Assembly (NCBI GenBank): GCA_005223035.1
Contig: NJBK01000012.1
Coordinates: 815-64,814, forward strand
DNA: 64,000 nt
DNA from: Chloroflexi bacterium B3_Chlor
Lineage (GTDB): Bacteria > Chloroflexota > Anaerolineae > UBA7937 > B3-Chlor
Reading direction: 5' to 3'
Position numbers and translations under genes: made by a program. The notes beneath the pieces were generated by a model. That model ran no database searches. It was not told where the DNA came from and saw only the letters and a program-made list of their open reading frames with translations. Below are positions 26,501-37,076 of this stretch, in pieces; the stretch's first letter is position 1, and the number at the start of each line of letters is the position of its first letter.

Positions 26501-26526
26501 TGACTTCATCCAGAGAAAGGTTCATT
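26501..26526. promoter_or_regulatory. Conserved 26-nt motif, copy 1 (TGACTTCATCCAGAGAAAGGTTCATT)
   Basis: Nearly identical to 28207..28231. It lies 50-75 nt upstream of the macA-like start. Confidence 0.5.
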
Positions 26527-26628
26527 CTGTCTCGCAAACCCGACGCTGATCAGAAGCCGATACCGAGTTCACCACCTTCGAATCGCCAGACAGTGTCTCG
26601 ACCTCTCGCCACGGTGTGTGACCAGATT

Positions 26629-26901
26629 CTATTCGATGTCACCTTGGCCTACGGGAGTTGCTTCGATCAGTCTTTCGAACTCCGCCAGCCGTTCCATCGC
26701 GTGGCGGACAAACCCCGAGACGGTCTCCGCGGTCATCAAGGTCAGGACCCTCCCCCTGGCAGGGCCAAAGATAAGAAGCTTGGTCCCGGGCTCCAATCCC
26801 ATCTCACGCCGGGCCTGGGCCGGAATGACTATTTGGCCTCGCTCACTGACGGTGGTAGAACCATATAACTTGCCGGGGAAGCCTGATGGCTCGTGTTTCA
26901 T
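26629..26901 (-). CDS. AbrB/MazE/SpoVT-family DNA-binding protein
   Basis: ..TVSERGQIVIPAQARREMGLEPGTKLLIF.. = swapped-hairpin AbrB domain; 90 aa. Confidence 0.7.
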   Translation of the reverse strand: MKHEPSGFPGKLYGSTTVSERGQIVIPAQARREMGLEPGTKLLIFGPARGRVLTLMTAETVSGFVRHAMERLAEFERLIEATPVGQGDIE

Positions 26902-27006
26902 ACCCCCCTCCTCAACAGACGGTCAGCCAGCCAAGCGCGATCCCAATTCATGCCGTGTCCAGTGTCTCTAATCCGTAAGAATAGTATGATATCTCAAGCA
27001 ATTCAT

Positions 27007-27035
27007 ATAATACGGTAGAGATGGCACTTTGTCAA
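27007..27035 (-). promoter_or_regulatory. Sigma70-type promoter TTGACA-17 nt-TATTAT for the abrB-like gene
   Basis: The minus strand reads gcTTGACAaagtgccatctctaccgTATTATatg, within a locally AT-rich stretch. Confidence 0.55.
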
Positions 27036-27115
27036 GCATGAGCACAGCGACATTGACGTCGCAGTGGGACCAAATAACCGGTTAGCGGGGTATTCGAGTC
27101 CTGGCTGGCCACACC

Positions 27116-27871
27116 CTACCCCATGAACGAGGTTCCAACGAGCATCCCCAGCAAAGTGGGGGCGAGACCTACCAGGGCCGTCACCGCCCAGTAGCTGATG
27201 GCTCCAAGAGCGGTCTTCGTTGTCGTGGAACGGGTGCTCACCGCTAGGCCTATGGCCACTAGTACCAGGTGCCAGACGAGGAACACATCTATCTGACTCA
27301 GAATGCCGTAGAGCAGATTGCCCGAGCTCTGCGCCTGGTCGCTGGTAGCTACCAGGAAGGAAAGCCCTCGGTGAACCGCCAGTTGTCCGTTCAAGGCAAC
27401 GTAGATGGCCTGCACCAGATCCCGCAAGGCGAACGGCAACCAAGTCCACAAGACCAGAGTGACCATCTGTATGTACCTGTTGTCCGTCCCGAGAAGGTAA
27501 CTGACGAAGAACAAGATCGCCCCTCGGAAAAGCCAGGTCAAGATCAAACCCAAGATGCCGAAGGTGATTGCCGTCGCCGCCAGAAACAGGGGCGAAGTGA
27601 AGATGTCCAGGCTCCTCCTCACCTGCTCCCCTTGCTCGCCTGACAGGGAGCCCATTTGTGCCTCCATCTGCGCCTCCGCTTCCTGTCGACTCACCTCCGA
27701 CAGCAAAGGCGCTGAGACGACCGCAACGATGATCAGGGTCACGAAAATCATCAGGGCTGGGGCCAGCCACACTGGCCACCTGGGCTCCTTCATGACGTAG
27801 CGCAAGGTCTTCTTTGGCTGGTCTATCCAGCCGAAGAGAGCGCGCCAGATTCCAATCTTGTTCTCATTCAT
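27116..27871 (-). CDS. Yip1-domain-like polytopic membrane protein
   Basis: Five hydrophobic helices with an N-terminal MNENKIGIWRALFGWIDQPKKTL. Start taken at ATG 27871; the track start is 27985. Confidence 0.5.
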   Translation of the reverse strand: MNENKIGIWRALFGWIDQPKKTLRYVMKEPRWPVWLAPALMIFVTLIIVAVVSAPLLSEVSRQEAEAQMEAQMGSLSGEQGEQVRRSLDIFTSPLFLAATAITFGILGLILTWLFRGAILFFVSYLLGTDNRYIQMVTLVLWTWLPFALRDLVQAIYVALNGQLAVHRGLSFLVATSDQAQSSGNLLYGILSQIDVFLVWHLVLVAIGLAVSTRSTTTKTALGAISYWAVTALVGLAPTLLGMLVGTSFMG

Positions 27872-28206
27872 TGTGAGCGTCCTCCCATCGGTTGAAGGAG
27901 TTGCAGTACGAGCATTGGGCGGTTTGCGCCATCCACCATACCAGCCAGCAGCCAGTCGTCCCGCCTGCTGATAGCTTACTCCCACATGTTTGGCCTATTC
28001 TGCCACTCCACTAACGAGTGCTCGATCTCGCACCACGACTCAGTATACAACAAGGATCCCCCGGTTGCATCGGCCATCTGGCCGATTTCGCCATCGGCCG
28101 AGTGGTGAATCTTTCCATTGGCCAAGTGGCCATTTTCCTAGCCGCTGAGACGCCCGCGACGTCCCTGCGTGCGTCCTACGATCCAGTTCGCCCACTACGT
28201 ATGATT

Positions 28207-28231
28207 TGACCTCATCCAGAAAAGGTTCATT
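28207..28231. promoter_or_regulatory. Conserved motif, copy 2 (TGACCTCATCCAGAAAAGGTTCATT)
   Basis: Matches copy 1 with one mismatch and one 1-nt indel. It lies in the mreB-yip1 intergenic region. Confidence 0.5.
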
Positions 28232-28298
28232 TGGCCTTGTCGGCGGATGCTCTCGACATGGTTGAGCCCAACCCCTCTGATATTGCAGCTTCAGCCTT

Positions 28299-28337
28299 CC
28301 AAACAAGAAGCGCGTGGCCCAGCAGAGCAACACGCGC
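28299..28337 (-). terminator. Possible terminator after mreB
   Basis: The minus strand reads GCGCGTG-(14 nt)-CACGCGC followed by CTTCTTGTTTGG. The U-tract is interrupted. Confidence 0.4.
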
Positions 28338-28370
28338 CTACTCGCCATTAGACTGTGCCATCTCGGCACT

Positions 28371-29375
28371 CTACAGCTCAGGCAGAGTCCTTTTCAAGAC
28401 TTCATACTCCTCAAAAGCCCTGCCGCAACCCAGGGCTACGCTGGCGATGGCTTCGTCGGCAACATAGCAAGGGACGCCGAGTTCCTGTGTCAGGAAACGG
28501 TCCATATTCCGCAGGAGGGAGCCGCCGCCAGTCATGACCACTCCCCGATCTATGATGTCAGCAGCCAATTCGGGCGGGGTTTTCTCCAACACTCCCTTGA
28601 TCGCCAAGACAATAGTGGCCAGTGGCTCAGCAATCGCCTCCACCACCTCCTCGGATGAAACAGTCACGATTCTGGGCAAGCCAGCCACCACGTCCCGACC
28701 CCTGACCTCCATGGTTAGTTCCTCTTCCATGGGCATCGCGCTGCCGATCTGAAGCTTTACCTCCTCCGCGGTCTGGTCCCCGACCATCAGGTTGTATTTT
28801 CGCCTCATGTAGGCAGCAATTGCCTCGCTGATCTTGATTCCCGCCACTCTAACCGCCCCGCTGACCACGACGTCATTCATGGCGATCACGGCGGCCTCGC
28901 TGGTTCCACCACCAATGTTAATGATGAAATTGCCTGAGGGGGTGTCAATGGGCATGCCCGCGCCGAGGGCTGCCGCCAAAGGTTCAGGGATGAGATGCGC
29001 CACCTTGGCTCCCGCCTGAATCGCGGCGTCGTGAACGGCGCGCTTCTCCACTGTGGTCACCCCAATAGGAACGCCAATCATTATTTCAGGCTTGAAGAGG
29101 CGTACGCGCCCAACTATGCCGGAGATGAAGTAGCGGAGCATCAGCTCCGTCACTATATAGTCGGCAATGACGCCGTCACGGAGGGGAGACAGCACCTCTA
29201 TGCTCTCAGGAGTCCGACCCACCATCGCCTGAGCCTCGCGGCCCAAGGCCACAATTCTGTTGTCGTGGGCGGACAGGGCTACGATGGAGGGCTCGAAAAG
29301 CACAATCCCTTTGCCCTTGGTCCAAACTAGCACGTTAACCGTGCCCAGATCAACACCTATCTGCTTGGAGAACAT
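28371..29375 (-). CDS. mreB: Rod-shape-determining actin homolog MreB
   Basis: [12 protein letters not shown].., ..[12 protein letters not shown].., ..VMTGGGSLL.. Confidence 0.9.
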   Translation of the reverse strand: MFSKQIGVDLGTVNVLVWTKGKGIVLFEPSIVALSAHDNRIVALGREAQAMVGRTPESIEVLSPLRDGVIADYIVTELMLRYFISGIVGRVRLFKPEIMIGVPIGVTTVEKRAVHDAAIQAGAKVAHLIPEPLAAALGAGMPIDTPSGNFIINIGGGTSEAAVIAMNDVVVSGAVRVAGIKISEAIAAYMRRKYNLMVGDQTAEEVKLQIGSAMPMEEELTMEVRGRDVVAGLPRIVTVSSEEVVEAIAEPLATIVLAIKGVLEKTPPELAADIIDRGVVMTGGGSLLRNMDRFLTQELGVPCYVADEAIASVALGCGRAFEEYEVLKRTLPEL

Positions 29376-29417
29376 GTATACCCCTTACGGCACGCGGCAG
29401 ACATGAGGTCATCCTCG

Positions 29418-29861
29418 CTAGACCTCCTCCCTGGGCATTTCCATCCTGGGTCGGCGCCGCCTGCGCCGTGCGACCTTCAGCCGCACCCTGGAACGCCGCA
29501 GGGCTGCCTGCAAACGAGCCATGTCGAGACCTTCCGGCCTCTCTCGATATCGCCTCTCCGCTCGCTCCCTCGCCTCCTCAGCCCTTGCCAAATCTATCTC
29601 ATCTGCACGTTCCGCCACATCGGCCATCACGATGACTTTGTTACCTAGCACCTCAAGGAATCCACCGTGAACGGCAAATGACTCCTCCTCGTCCCCCTTC
29701 CTCAGCCTCAACTCCCCTATACCCAGTGCTGTGAGCAAAGGAGCGTGGCTCGGAAGAATGCCCAGTTCGCCATCAGCGCCAGGCGCAATCACCATGTCCA
29801 GACCGTCGTCTGAATGAACGATCCGTTCCGGGCTCACCAGCTCAAACCGCAGCTTTGCCAT
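29418..29861 (-). CDS. atpC: F1 ATP synthase epsilon subunit
   Basis: ..LRFELVSPE.. beta-sandwich plus a C-terminal helical hairpin, directly after atpD. Confidence 0.85.
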   Translation of the reverse strand: MAKLRFELVSPERIVHSDDGLDMVIAPGADGELGILPSHAPLLTALGIGELRLRKGDEEESFAVHGGFLEVLGNKVIVMADVAERADEIDLARAEEARERAERRYRERPEGLDMARLQAALRRSRVRLKVARRRRRRPRMEMPREEV

Positions 29862-29872
29862 CCACTCTCCCC

Positions 29873-31339
<1,467 letters not shown>

Positions 31340-31385
31340 CTAGCAATAGAACTCGTCTCACCAGCTCGGCTCTTGCGCCAGCATC

Positions 31386-32264
31386 CTATCCAGTCATCGC
31401 CCGCGCCTTGGACAAAGCTTCGGCGCCCCCAGCGATGTCCAGCAACTCCTTGGTGATAGCTTCCTGGCGAGCTCGGTTATAGGTCAGGGTCAAATCCTCC
31501 ACCAGGGCCTCCGCGTTTTCGGTCGCCGCACGCATAGCCACCATTCGCGCCGAGTGCTCGCTGGCCTGTGCATCTAGGATGGCCTGATAGATCTGCAATA
31601 CCGTGAAACCCTCCAAGACCTCACCTAAGACTGTTTCAGGGTCCGGCTCGATGGTATATGCTACGGCTCCGGCACCCTCCAGGATGGCTGGCTCGATGGG
31701 CATTAACTGTCGCGTAACCGGACGCTGAACCATGGTATTGACAAAATTTGCATAGATCAGACATATCTGATCAAAAGTCCCATCTAGAAACTGATCGATT
31801 ACCAGCCGGGCAATAGGGGTTACCTCTTTCAATGGCGGTTGGTCAGGCAAGCCCGAGAAATCCGCACAGATATCGGCCCCGTAGCGGAGCATGAAATCGG
31901 AACCTTTCCGTCCAATACTGACAATTCGCACAGGGGTCGTCTGGCGAGAGATGAAAGCAACCACCTCGCGTATGACATTAGTGGGCAGGCCGCCGCACAA
32001 TCCTCGGTCGGGTGTGATCACAAGCAGAGCAGTGTTTCTCACGGTACGTTCTTCCAGCAAAGGATGCAGGACCTCCCCCGCCGCCGGCTGGCTGGCGAGA
32101 TATGTCAGGATCTCCCAGGCCCTCTCGGCGTACGCCCGAGAGGCTAAGGTCCGCTCCTGAGCTCGCCTCATTTTGGAGGCCGATACCGCTTCCATCGCCC
32201 GCGTGACCTGGCCGATATTTGTCACGCTGCGAATACGTCTCTGTATTTCGCGTGCTGTAGCCAA
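31386..32264 (-). CDS. atpG: F1 ATP synthase gamma subunit
   Basis: ..IRSVTNIGQVTRAMEAVSASKMRRAQ.. and the C-terminal ..ITKELLDIAGGAEAL. Confidence 0.9.
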   Translation of the reverse strand: MATAREIQRRIRSVTNIGQVTRAMEAVSASKMRRAQERTLASRAYAERAWEILTYLASQPAAGEVLHPLLEERTVRNTALLVITPDRGLCGGLPTNVIREVVAFISRQTTPVRIVSIGRKGSDFMLRYGADICADFSGLPDQPPLKEVTPIARLVIDQFLDGTFDQICLIYANFVNTMVQRPVTRQLMPIEPAILEGAGAVAYTIEPDPETVLGEVLEGFTVLQIYQAILDAQASEHSARMVAMRAATENAEALVEDLTLTYNRARQEAITKELLDIAGGAEALSKARAMTG

Positions 32265-32350
32265 AGCAATCCCTCGCTAACTGACTATGGTGGTCATTCG
32301 GAAACTGGACCCGACCGAACCACCGTCCAGGCCCTTGCAGTCCCCAGCCC

Positions 32351-33865
32351 CTACGATACGGATTCCTTGTACTCCAGAATCATCTCACGAAGCTTGTTCT
32401 CGGTTTCCTCATCCAGCTGTTCTGTCTCCATGATCCGACCGCCAATCTCCGGATGCACCGAATCCATGAAGCGAAGGATCCCATCCGCCCAGTCCCTCAT
32501 CTCGTCAATAGCGACATCATCCGCACAGTCGTGCGTGACTGCGTAGATGAGCATGACCTGATGATCCAGCGGGACCGGATCATACTGTGGCTGCTTCAAT
32601 ATCTCGGTCAGCCGCTGGCCTCGCTCCAACTGATCCCTGGTAGCCTTGTCCAGGTCAGACCCGAACTGGGCAAAGGCAGCTAATTCGCGGAACTGAGCAA
32701 GCTCCAGCCGCAACTTGCCGGCCACGTCCTTCATGGCCTTAGTCTGCGCCTTGCCACCGACTCGAGAGACGGAGAGCCCCACGTTGATCGCCGGTCGAAT
32801 GCCGGCATAGAAAAGATCGCTCTCCAGGTAAAGCTGTCCATCGGTGATGGAGATGACATTGGTGGGGATATAGGTCGTGATGTCGCCCAACTGGGTCTCA
32901 ATGATGGGCAGAGCCGTCAGGCTACCGCCTCCAAAATCGGGGTGCATCTTCGCAGCTCGCTCCAGCAGACGGGAATGGAGGTAGAAGACGTCGCCAGGAT
33001 ACGCCTCTCGCCCAGGCGGACGGCGCAAGAGGAGCGACACCTGGCGATAGGCCCAGCCGTGTTTGGTCAGATCATCGTAGATAATCAAGGCATCCTTACC
33101 CCGCTCCATGAACTCCTCACCCATGGCGCAGCCTGCATAGGGCGCAATGTACTGCAGCGAGGCCGGCTCCGACGCCGAGGCCACCACAACAACAGTATGG
33201 TCCATGGCCTCGAAGCGCTCCAACGTCGCCACCACCTGAGCCACGTTGGCCCGTCTCTGGCCTATGGCCACATAGATGCAGATCAGGTTCTTGTCCTTCT
33301 GATTGATTATGGTATCAATAGCCAGCGCCGTCTTGCCCGTTTGACGATCACCGATGATCAACTCCCGCTGCCCTCGGCCGATAGGGAACATGGAATCAAT
33401 AGCCTTAATGCCCGTTTGAACGGGTCGGTTCACGGACTCGCGAACGGTTACATTGGGCGCGATCCTCTCTATGGGACGAAAGGCATCGGATTCGAAGGGC
33501 GCCTTGCCGTCAATAGGCATCCCCAGGGCGTTGACCACCCGTCCTACGAGGGCATCCCCTACAGGCACGGAGACGATGCGGCCAGTTACGCGCACCTCAT
33601 CGCCTTCCTCGATGTCAGTGTAGTCTCCCAGGATGATGATACCAACCTGGTCCTCCTCCAGGTTCAGAACCATCCCCAGCACGCCGGTTTTCGTGAACTC
33701 CACCAACTCACTGGCCATGACCGTCGCCAATCCGGTAGCTCTGGCGATGCCATCACCCACCTCGACCACCGTGCCTACATCTACGGCTCTTAGGGGAGCC
33801 TCAAAAATCTCGATTTGCCGCCTGAGAGCAGCGGTAACGTCATCGACCGGTGAGGCCATTAGCAC
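32351..33865 (-). CDS. atpA: F1 ATP synthase alpha subunit
   Basis: Walker [10 protein letters not shown] and ..[14 protein letters not shown].. Confidence 0.95.
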   Translation of the reverse strand: MLMASPVDDVTAALRRQIEIFEAPLRAVDVGTVVEVGDGIARATGLATVMASELVEFTKTGVLGMVLNLEEDQVGIIILGDYTDIEEGDEVRVTGRIVSVPVGDALVGRVVNALGMPIDGKAPFESDAFRPIERIAPNVTVRESVNRPVQTGIKAIDSMFPIGRGQRELIIGDRQTGKTALAIDTIINQKDKNLICIYVAIGQRRANVAQVVATLERFEAMDHTVVVVASASEPASLQYIAPYAGCAMGEEFMERGKDALIIYDDLTKHGWAYRQVSLLLRRPPGREAYPGDVFYLHSRLLERAAKMHPDFGGGSLTALPIIETQLGDITTYIPTNVISITDGQLYLESDLFYAGIRPAINVGLSVSRVGGKAQTKAMKDVAGKLRLELAQFRELAAFAQFGSDLDKATRDQLERGQRLTEILKQPQYDPVPLDHQVMLIYAVTHDCADDVAIDEMRDWADGILRFMDSVHPEIGGRIMETEQLDEETENKLREMILEYKESVS

Positions 33866-34009
33866 CTCCTCGCTTCCCTGCCATAGTTCTCGACATGCTC
33901 GACATGTAAGAGTGCGCGTCTGACCGTCCTCAATGGGCCAATACGGAGCTCCAGTGACAACATAAGCGCTTCCTGAACTCTACACCGCAGTGCCGCTGGA
34001 CAGTTGCGG

Positions 34010-34264
34010 TTACCGTCGCGCCGCCAGGGTCTGTGCAAGGGCGTCTAGCTTGCCCTTCACGCTACCATCTATGACCTGATCGCCTGCGCGGACCACGATG
34101 CCACCCAGGAGCGAAGGCTCAACTCCAAAACGGAGGTCCAAGCCCTGATTGAATCGAGCTTCCAGGCTCTGGCGGAGAGCCGACTGCTCTTCCTCAGTCA
34201 GAAGAACAGCGCTGCTTACCCTGACCGTCAGGTTCGAAGCTGCGGGTTTCTTGTCTTTGCTCAC
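34010..34264 (-). CDS. atpH: ATP synthase delta (OSCP) subunit, unusually short (84 aa, C-terminal domain only)
   Basis: ..SLLGGIVVRAGDQVIDGSVKGKLDALAQTL.. is the conserved delta C-terminus. It sits in the canonical slot between atpF and atpA, with an ATGA overlap onto atpF. Confidence 0.6.
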   Translation of the reverse strand: MSKDKKPAASNLTVRVSSAVLLTEEEQSALRQSLEARFNQGLDLRFGVEPSLLGGIVVRAGDQVIDGSVKGKLDALAQTLAARR

Positions 34265-34755
34265 CCCAGATCACCTACCTCAGCAATGAACTCTTGAATC
34301 AAGCGCCGATGAGCCTTCTCATCCAGAGACTCACCACTCACCTTACCAGCGGCCGCGAGAGCCAACTCCACGATTTGGTCCTGGGCCCCGATCAAGGTTT
34401 GACGTCGCAGAACCTCCATCTCATCCTGAGTCTTGCTGACCGTCTCCTGGGCCTCCGCGCGTGCCTTGGTCAGGATGTCCTCCCTCATTTTCTCGGCTTG
34501 CTCTGTAGCCTGAGCCAGGATGGAGCGGCGCTCCTCCCTTGCCTCCTCAAGCTGCTTCTCATATTCCTGCCTGGCTGCCTCTGCCTTGCTCCTTGCCGCC
34601 TCAGCCTCTTCCAGGTCGGTCTTGATCTTTTCGGAACGCCTGTCGAGCATCGCAATTATCGGCTTGTAGAGGAACTGCCGCAAGATGACGAGTAGCACAA
34701 TGAAGTTAACGATCTGGGAAATCAGATATCCCAGGTTGATTCCCAACCCTTCCAA
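34261..34755 (-). CDS. atpF: Fo ATP synthase b subunit
   Basis: One N-terminal TM segment and a long charged coiled coil; 164 aa. Confidence 0.8.
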   Translation of the reverse strand: MEGLGINLGYLISQIVNFIVLLVILRQFLYKPIIAMLDRRSEKIKTDLEEAEAARSKAEAARQEYEKQLEEAREERRSILAQATEQAEKMREDILTKARAEAQETVSKTQDEMEVLRRQTLIGAQDQIVELALAAAGKVSGESLDEKAHRRLIQEFIAEVGDLG

Positions 34756-34834
34756 GAGTACGCCTCCTTTCCATCATCGTCGCAGCCATTGAGTCGAGTG
34801 CGACGAATACACGACTGCGCACCGACGACTTCTC

Positions 34835-35062
<228 letters not shown>

Positions 35063-35113
35063 TCAACCCTCCTAATTCAGTTCTGAGATTGTGCCTTGAA
35101 ACCGCAAGTGAAT

Positions 35114-36106
35114 CTACTCCTCACTTTCCGGTCCGTGACCCAAAGTAGCCATGTGCATAAAGATCAGGGTCAGAAAGGCGAAAACAAAAGCCTGCATGAA
35201 CCCTACGAAAATCTCCAAACCCAGGAAAGGTACTGAGACGAGATACGGTACGATGAAAGCCATGACAGCAAGCAGTACCTCGCCAGCGAACACGTTGCCG
35301 AAAAGTCGGAAGGAGAACGAGACGATCTTGGCCAACTCGCTGACAGTCTCCAAGAGGCCGACTATCGTGTCAACGGGCCCCATCGGCCCCCTCAGGCTTA
35401 TGAACTTGCTGAAGTACCGTAGACCCTGGGCCTGAACCCCCACGACCTGGGTCGCGACCACGGAGATCAGGGCGAGAGACAACGGTGTGTTCAAATCGGT
35501 GGCCGCTGAGCGCAGGAAGGAGAAGACGGTCCATCCGGTTTCGTGTTCACCAACCTCACCTGGCTGTAGCAGCCCGATGTTGAACCCCAGGATAGAGACT
35601 TCTTGCAGTTGGTGACCTCCGTGATGAGCCTCATGGACCAGCCCCACACTGGCGAAGCCAGGGAGGATGCCCATCCAGTTGGAGACCAGCAGGAAGATGA
35701 ATATAGTGGCCACCAAAGGGAAGAATTGTCTTCCTCTGCTCCCAGCCACTGACTCGACCAGATTCAGCAGCACTTCCAAGCCCCACTCCACCAGATTCTG
35801 CAGGCCCGTCGGAACGACTTTCAAGTTGCGAGTGGCTAAGACAGACCCCACAATGAGAATCAGCATCGTTAACCAGGTAGCCAGCAAGGTGTTGGTGACT
35901 GAGAACCCGACGACGGGCAAAGTCAGAATGGGCTCTGCGGGGAGAGCGATTTCTGGCAGAGCCACAGGAAACTTCGTTGCCATGAAACCAAGGACCACTA
36001 CCAGGATGATCAGACCCAGACAACCTGTGCGAGTGATGCACCCCGATGCGCACCCCTCTTCGCCACCCCCCATGACATCGTCCATCACATCCTGCATAAC
36101 TTCCAT
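35114..36106 (-). CDS. atpB: Fo ATP synthase a subunit (with an N-terminal extension of about 90 aa)
   Basis: ..SFSFRLFGNVFAGEVLL.. contains the essential Arg. Confidence 0.85.
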   Translation of the reverse strand: MEVMQDVMDDVMGGGEEGCASGCITRTGCLGLIILVVVLGFMATKFPVALPEIALPAEPILTLPVVGFSVTNTLLATWLTMLILIVGSVLATRNLKVVPTGLQNLVEWGLEVLLNLVESVAGSRGRQFFPLVATIFIFLLVSNWMGILPGFASVGLVHEAHHGGHQLQEVSILGFNIGLLQPGEVGEHETGWTVFSFLRSAATDLNTPLSLALISVVATQVVGVQAQGLRYFSKFISLRGPMGPVDTIVGLLETVSELAKIVSFSFRLFGNVFAGEVLLAVMAFIVPYLVSVPFLGLEIFVGFMQAFVFAFLTLIFMHMATLGHGPESEE

Positions 36107-36117
36107 AGTCTACCTCC

Positions 36118-36342
36118 TCAGTCTTTTCCGTGGACGGGTTGTTCTGAATCCCCTTTCAGGGCTAGGACTGTCAGACGATAGACACCCCAAAGCCCGGCGG
36201 CCATCCCCGAGAAGATGAAGAACAGCGTGAAGACGGGCGAGGTATTCAATCTGCCGTCTATCCACAGGCCCACGAAAAGTCCAACCAGGATGAAAACGAC
36301 AATCGTCGCACCAACTTGGCCAACCAGACTCAACAGGCGCAC
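36118..36342 (-). CDS. AtpZ/AtpI-like small membrane protein
   Basis: Two TM segments (..VGATIVVFILVGLFVGLWIDGRL..FTLFFIFSGMAAGLWGVYRL). Start moved to GTG 36342, after AAGGGAG. The track start at 36420 abuts the -10 box. Confidence 0.55.
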   Translation of the reverse strand: MRLLSLVGQVGATIVVFILVGLFVGLWIDGRLNTSPVFTLFFIFSGMAAGLWGVYRLTVLALKGDSEQPVHGKD

Positions 36343-36431
36343 GTTAACTCCCTTGTACACAGTCGTTCCCTCCAACACGTGGCGCAAGAACTCCGTTCGC
36401 AGGCCCACGTCGTCTGGCAAAAAACCGTGCT

Positions 36432-36460
36432 ATTCTAGTGTAGTTCGGAAAACTTGTCAA
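36432..36460 (-). promoter_or_regulatory. Sigma70-type promoter TTGACA-17 nt-TAGAAT of the atp operon
   Basis: The minus strand reads cgcTTGACAagttttccgaactacacTAGAATagc. Confidence 0.6.
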
Positions 36461-36511
36461 GCGGCGGAGAGTCCGATTCGAATCTGACATACTTCCCGGA
36501 AGACCTGCCAC

Positions 36512-36889
36512 CTAGCTCTCACCTCGTCGCACCATGACCTGCGTCCCGTCTTTGACCGCCCTCAATACACTCGCGTCCCCAATTACCCGGCCAAAGACTG
36601 TCACCGCGCTGGCGGGGCGTATTTCGTCACCCTTGCTCGCGGGAGTGGGGCCGAAGAAGATGCAGAGGGCTCTCCCTGGAGGCCAATAGCCGAAATCCCC
36701 CAACTCCACCACCTCCCGGCCTGCCTCCAAGGGCAAGACCAAGGGGGTCGAGAAGTATATCTCGTCCCCCCAAGTGTTCACCACCCCCTCGATAGGTAAG
36801 CTATCCCACACAGCTTCAGCAGTTTCGGTCTCATTGAGCTCGGCACGGACGCTGACCTCACCAGCCGTTATCTGAATGTGGCGAACCAT
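36512..36889 (-). CDS. Cyclophilin-like-fold small protein (DUF3830-like)
   Basis: ..ITAGEVSVRAELNETETA..WGDEIYF..GDFGYWPPGRALCIFFG..; assignment is from memory of the family. Confidence 0.45.
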   Translation of the reverse strand: MVRHIQITAGEVSVRAELNETETAEAVWDSLPIEGVVNTWGDEIYFSTPLVLPLEAGREVVELGDFGYWPPGRALCIFFGPTPASKGDEIRPASAVTVFGRVIGDASVLRAVKDGTQVMVRRGES

Positions 36890-36910
36890 TTTCGTCCCCT
36901 ACAAGTTGTG

Positions 36911-36919
36911 CTATAATCA
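36911..36919 (+). promoter_or_regulatory. Extended -10 element TGCTATAAT
   Basis: The plus strand reads ttgTGCTATAATcag in the divergent intergenic region. It lies 160 nt before the radical SAM start, so its target is uncertain. Confidence 0.35.
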
Positions 36920-37076
36920 GCGAAGGTGTAGGAGCTGTGCGCGACGACACTCTTCACCAGATCCAGCTTACCCTGACCTCCACTTCCCGGTATTATATCG
37001 CATCCGCTGCCAATTGACCAACTGAACCATGAATTCCTCAAAAACACCGAGCGATCACCAGTCTAGGGAGGGGAGA

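Noticed and set aside
27003-27779. A 258-aa ORF overlapping the yip1-like gene in another frame.
   Set aside because: Its composition is Gly/Arg/Pro/His-rich and it would run through the abrB promoter. The yip1-like frame gives clean TM helices.
28040-28369. A 109-aa minus-strand ORF and a 63-aa plus-strand ORF in the mreB-yip1 intergenic region.
   Set aside because: No SD and no motifs, with Arg/Trp/Pro-rich composition. The region is better explained by a terminator, the shared 25-nt motif and the GGCC array.
36468-36490. GATTCGAATC, a tRNA T-loop-like string.
   Set aside because: No acceptor, D or anticodon arms can be drawn around it, and it lies just upstream of the atp promoter. I found no tRNA anywhere in the window by eye.
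36890-37028. The strand switch (all minus to the left, all plus to the right) as a possible replication origin.
   Set aside because: The spacer is only 139 nt. I saw no DnaA-box cluster (TTATCCACA-like), no AT-rich unwinding element, and no dnaA or dnaN nearby. An ordinary divergent promoter region is the simpler reading.
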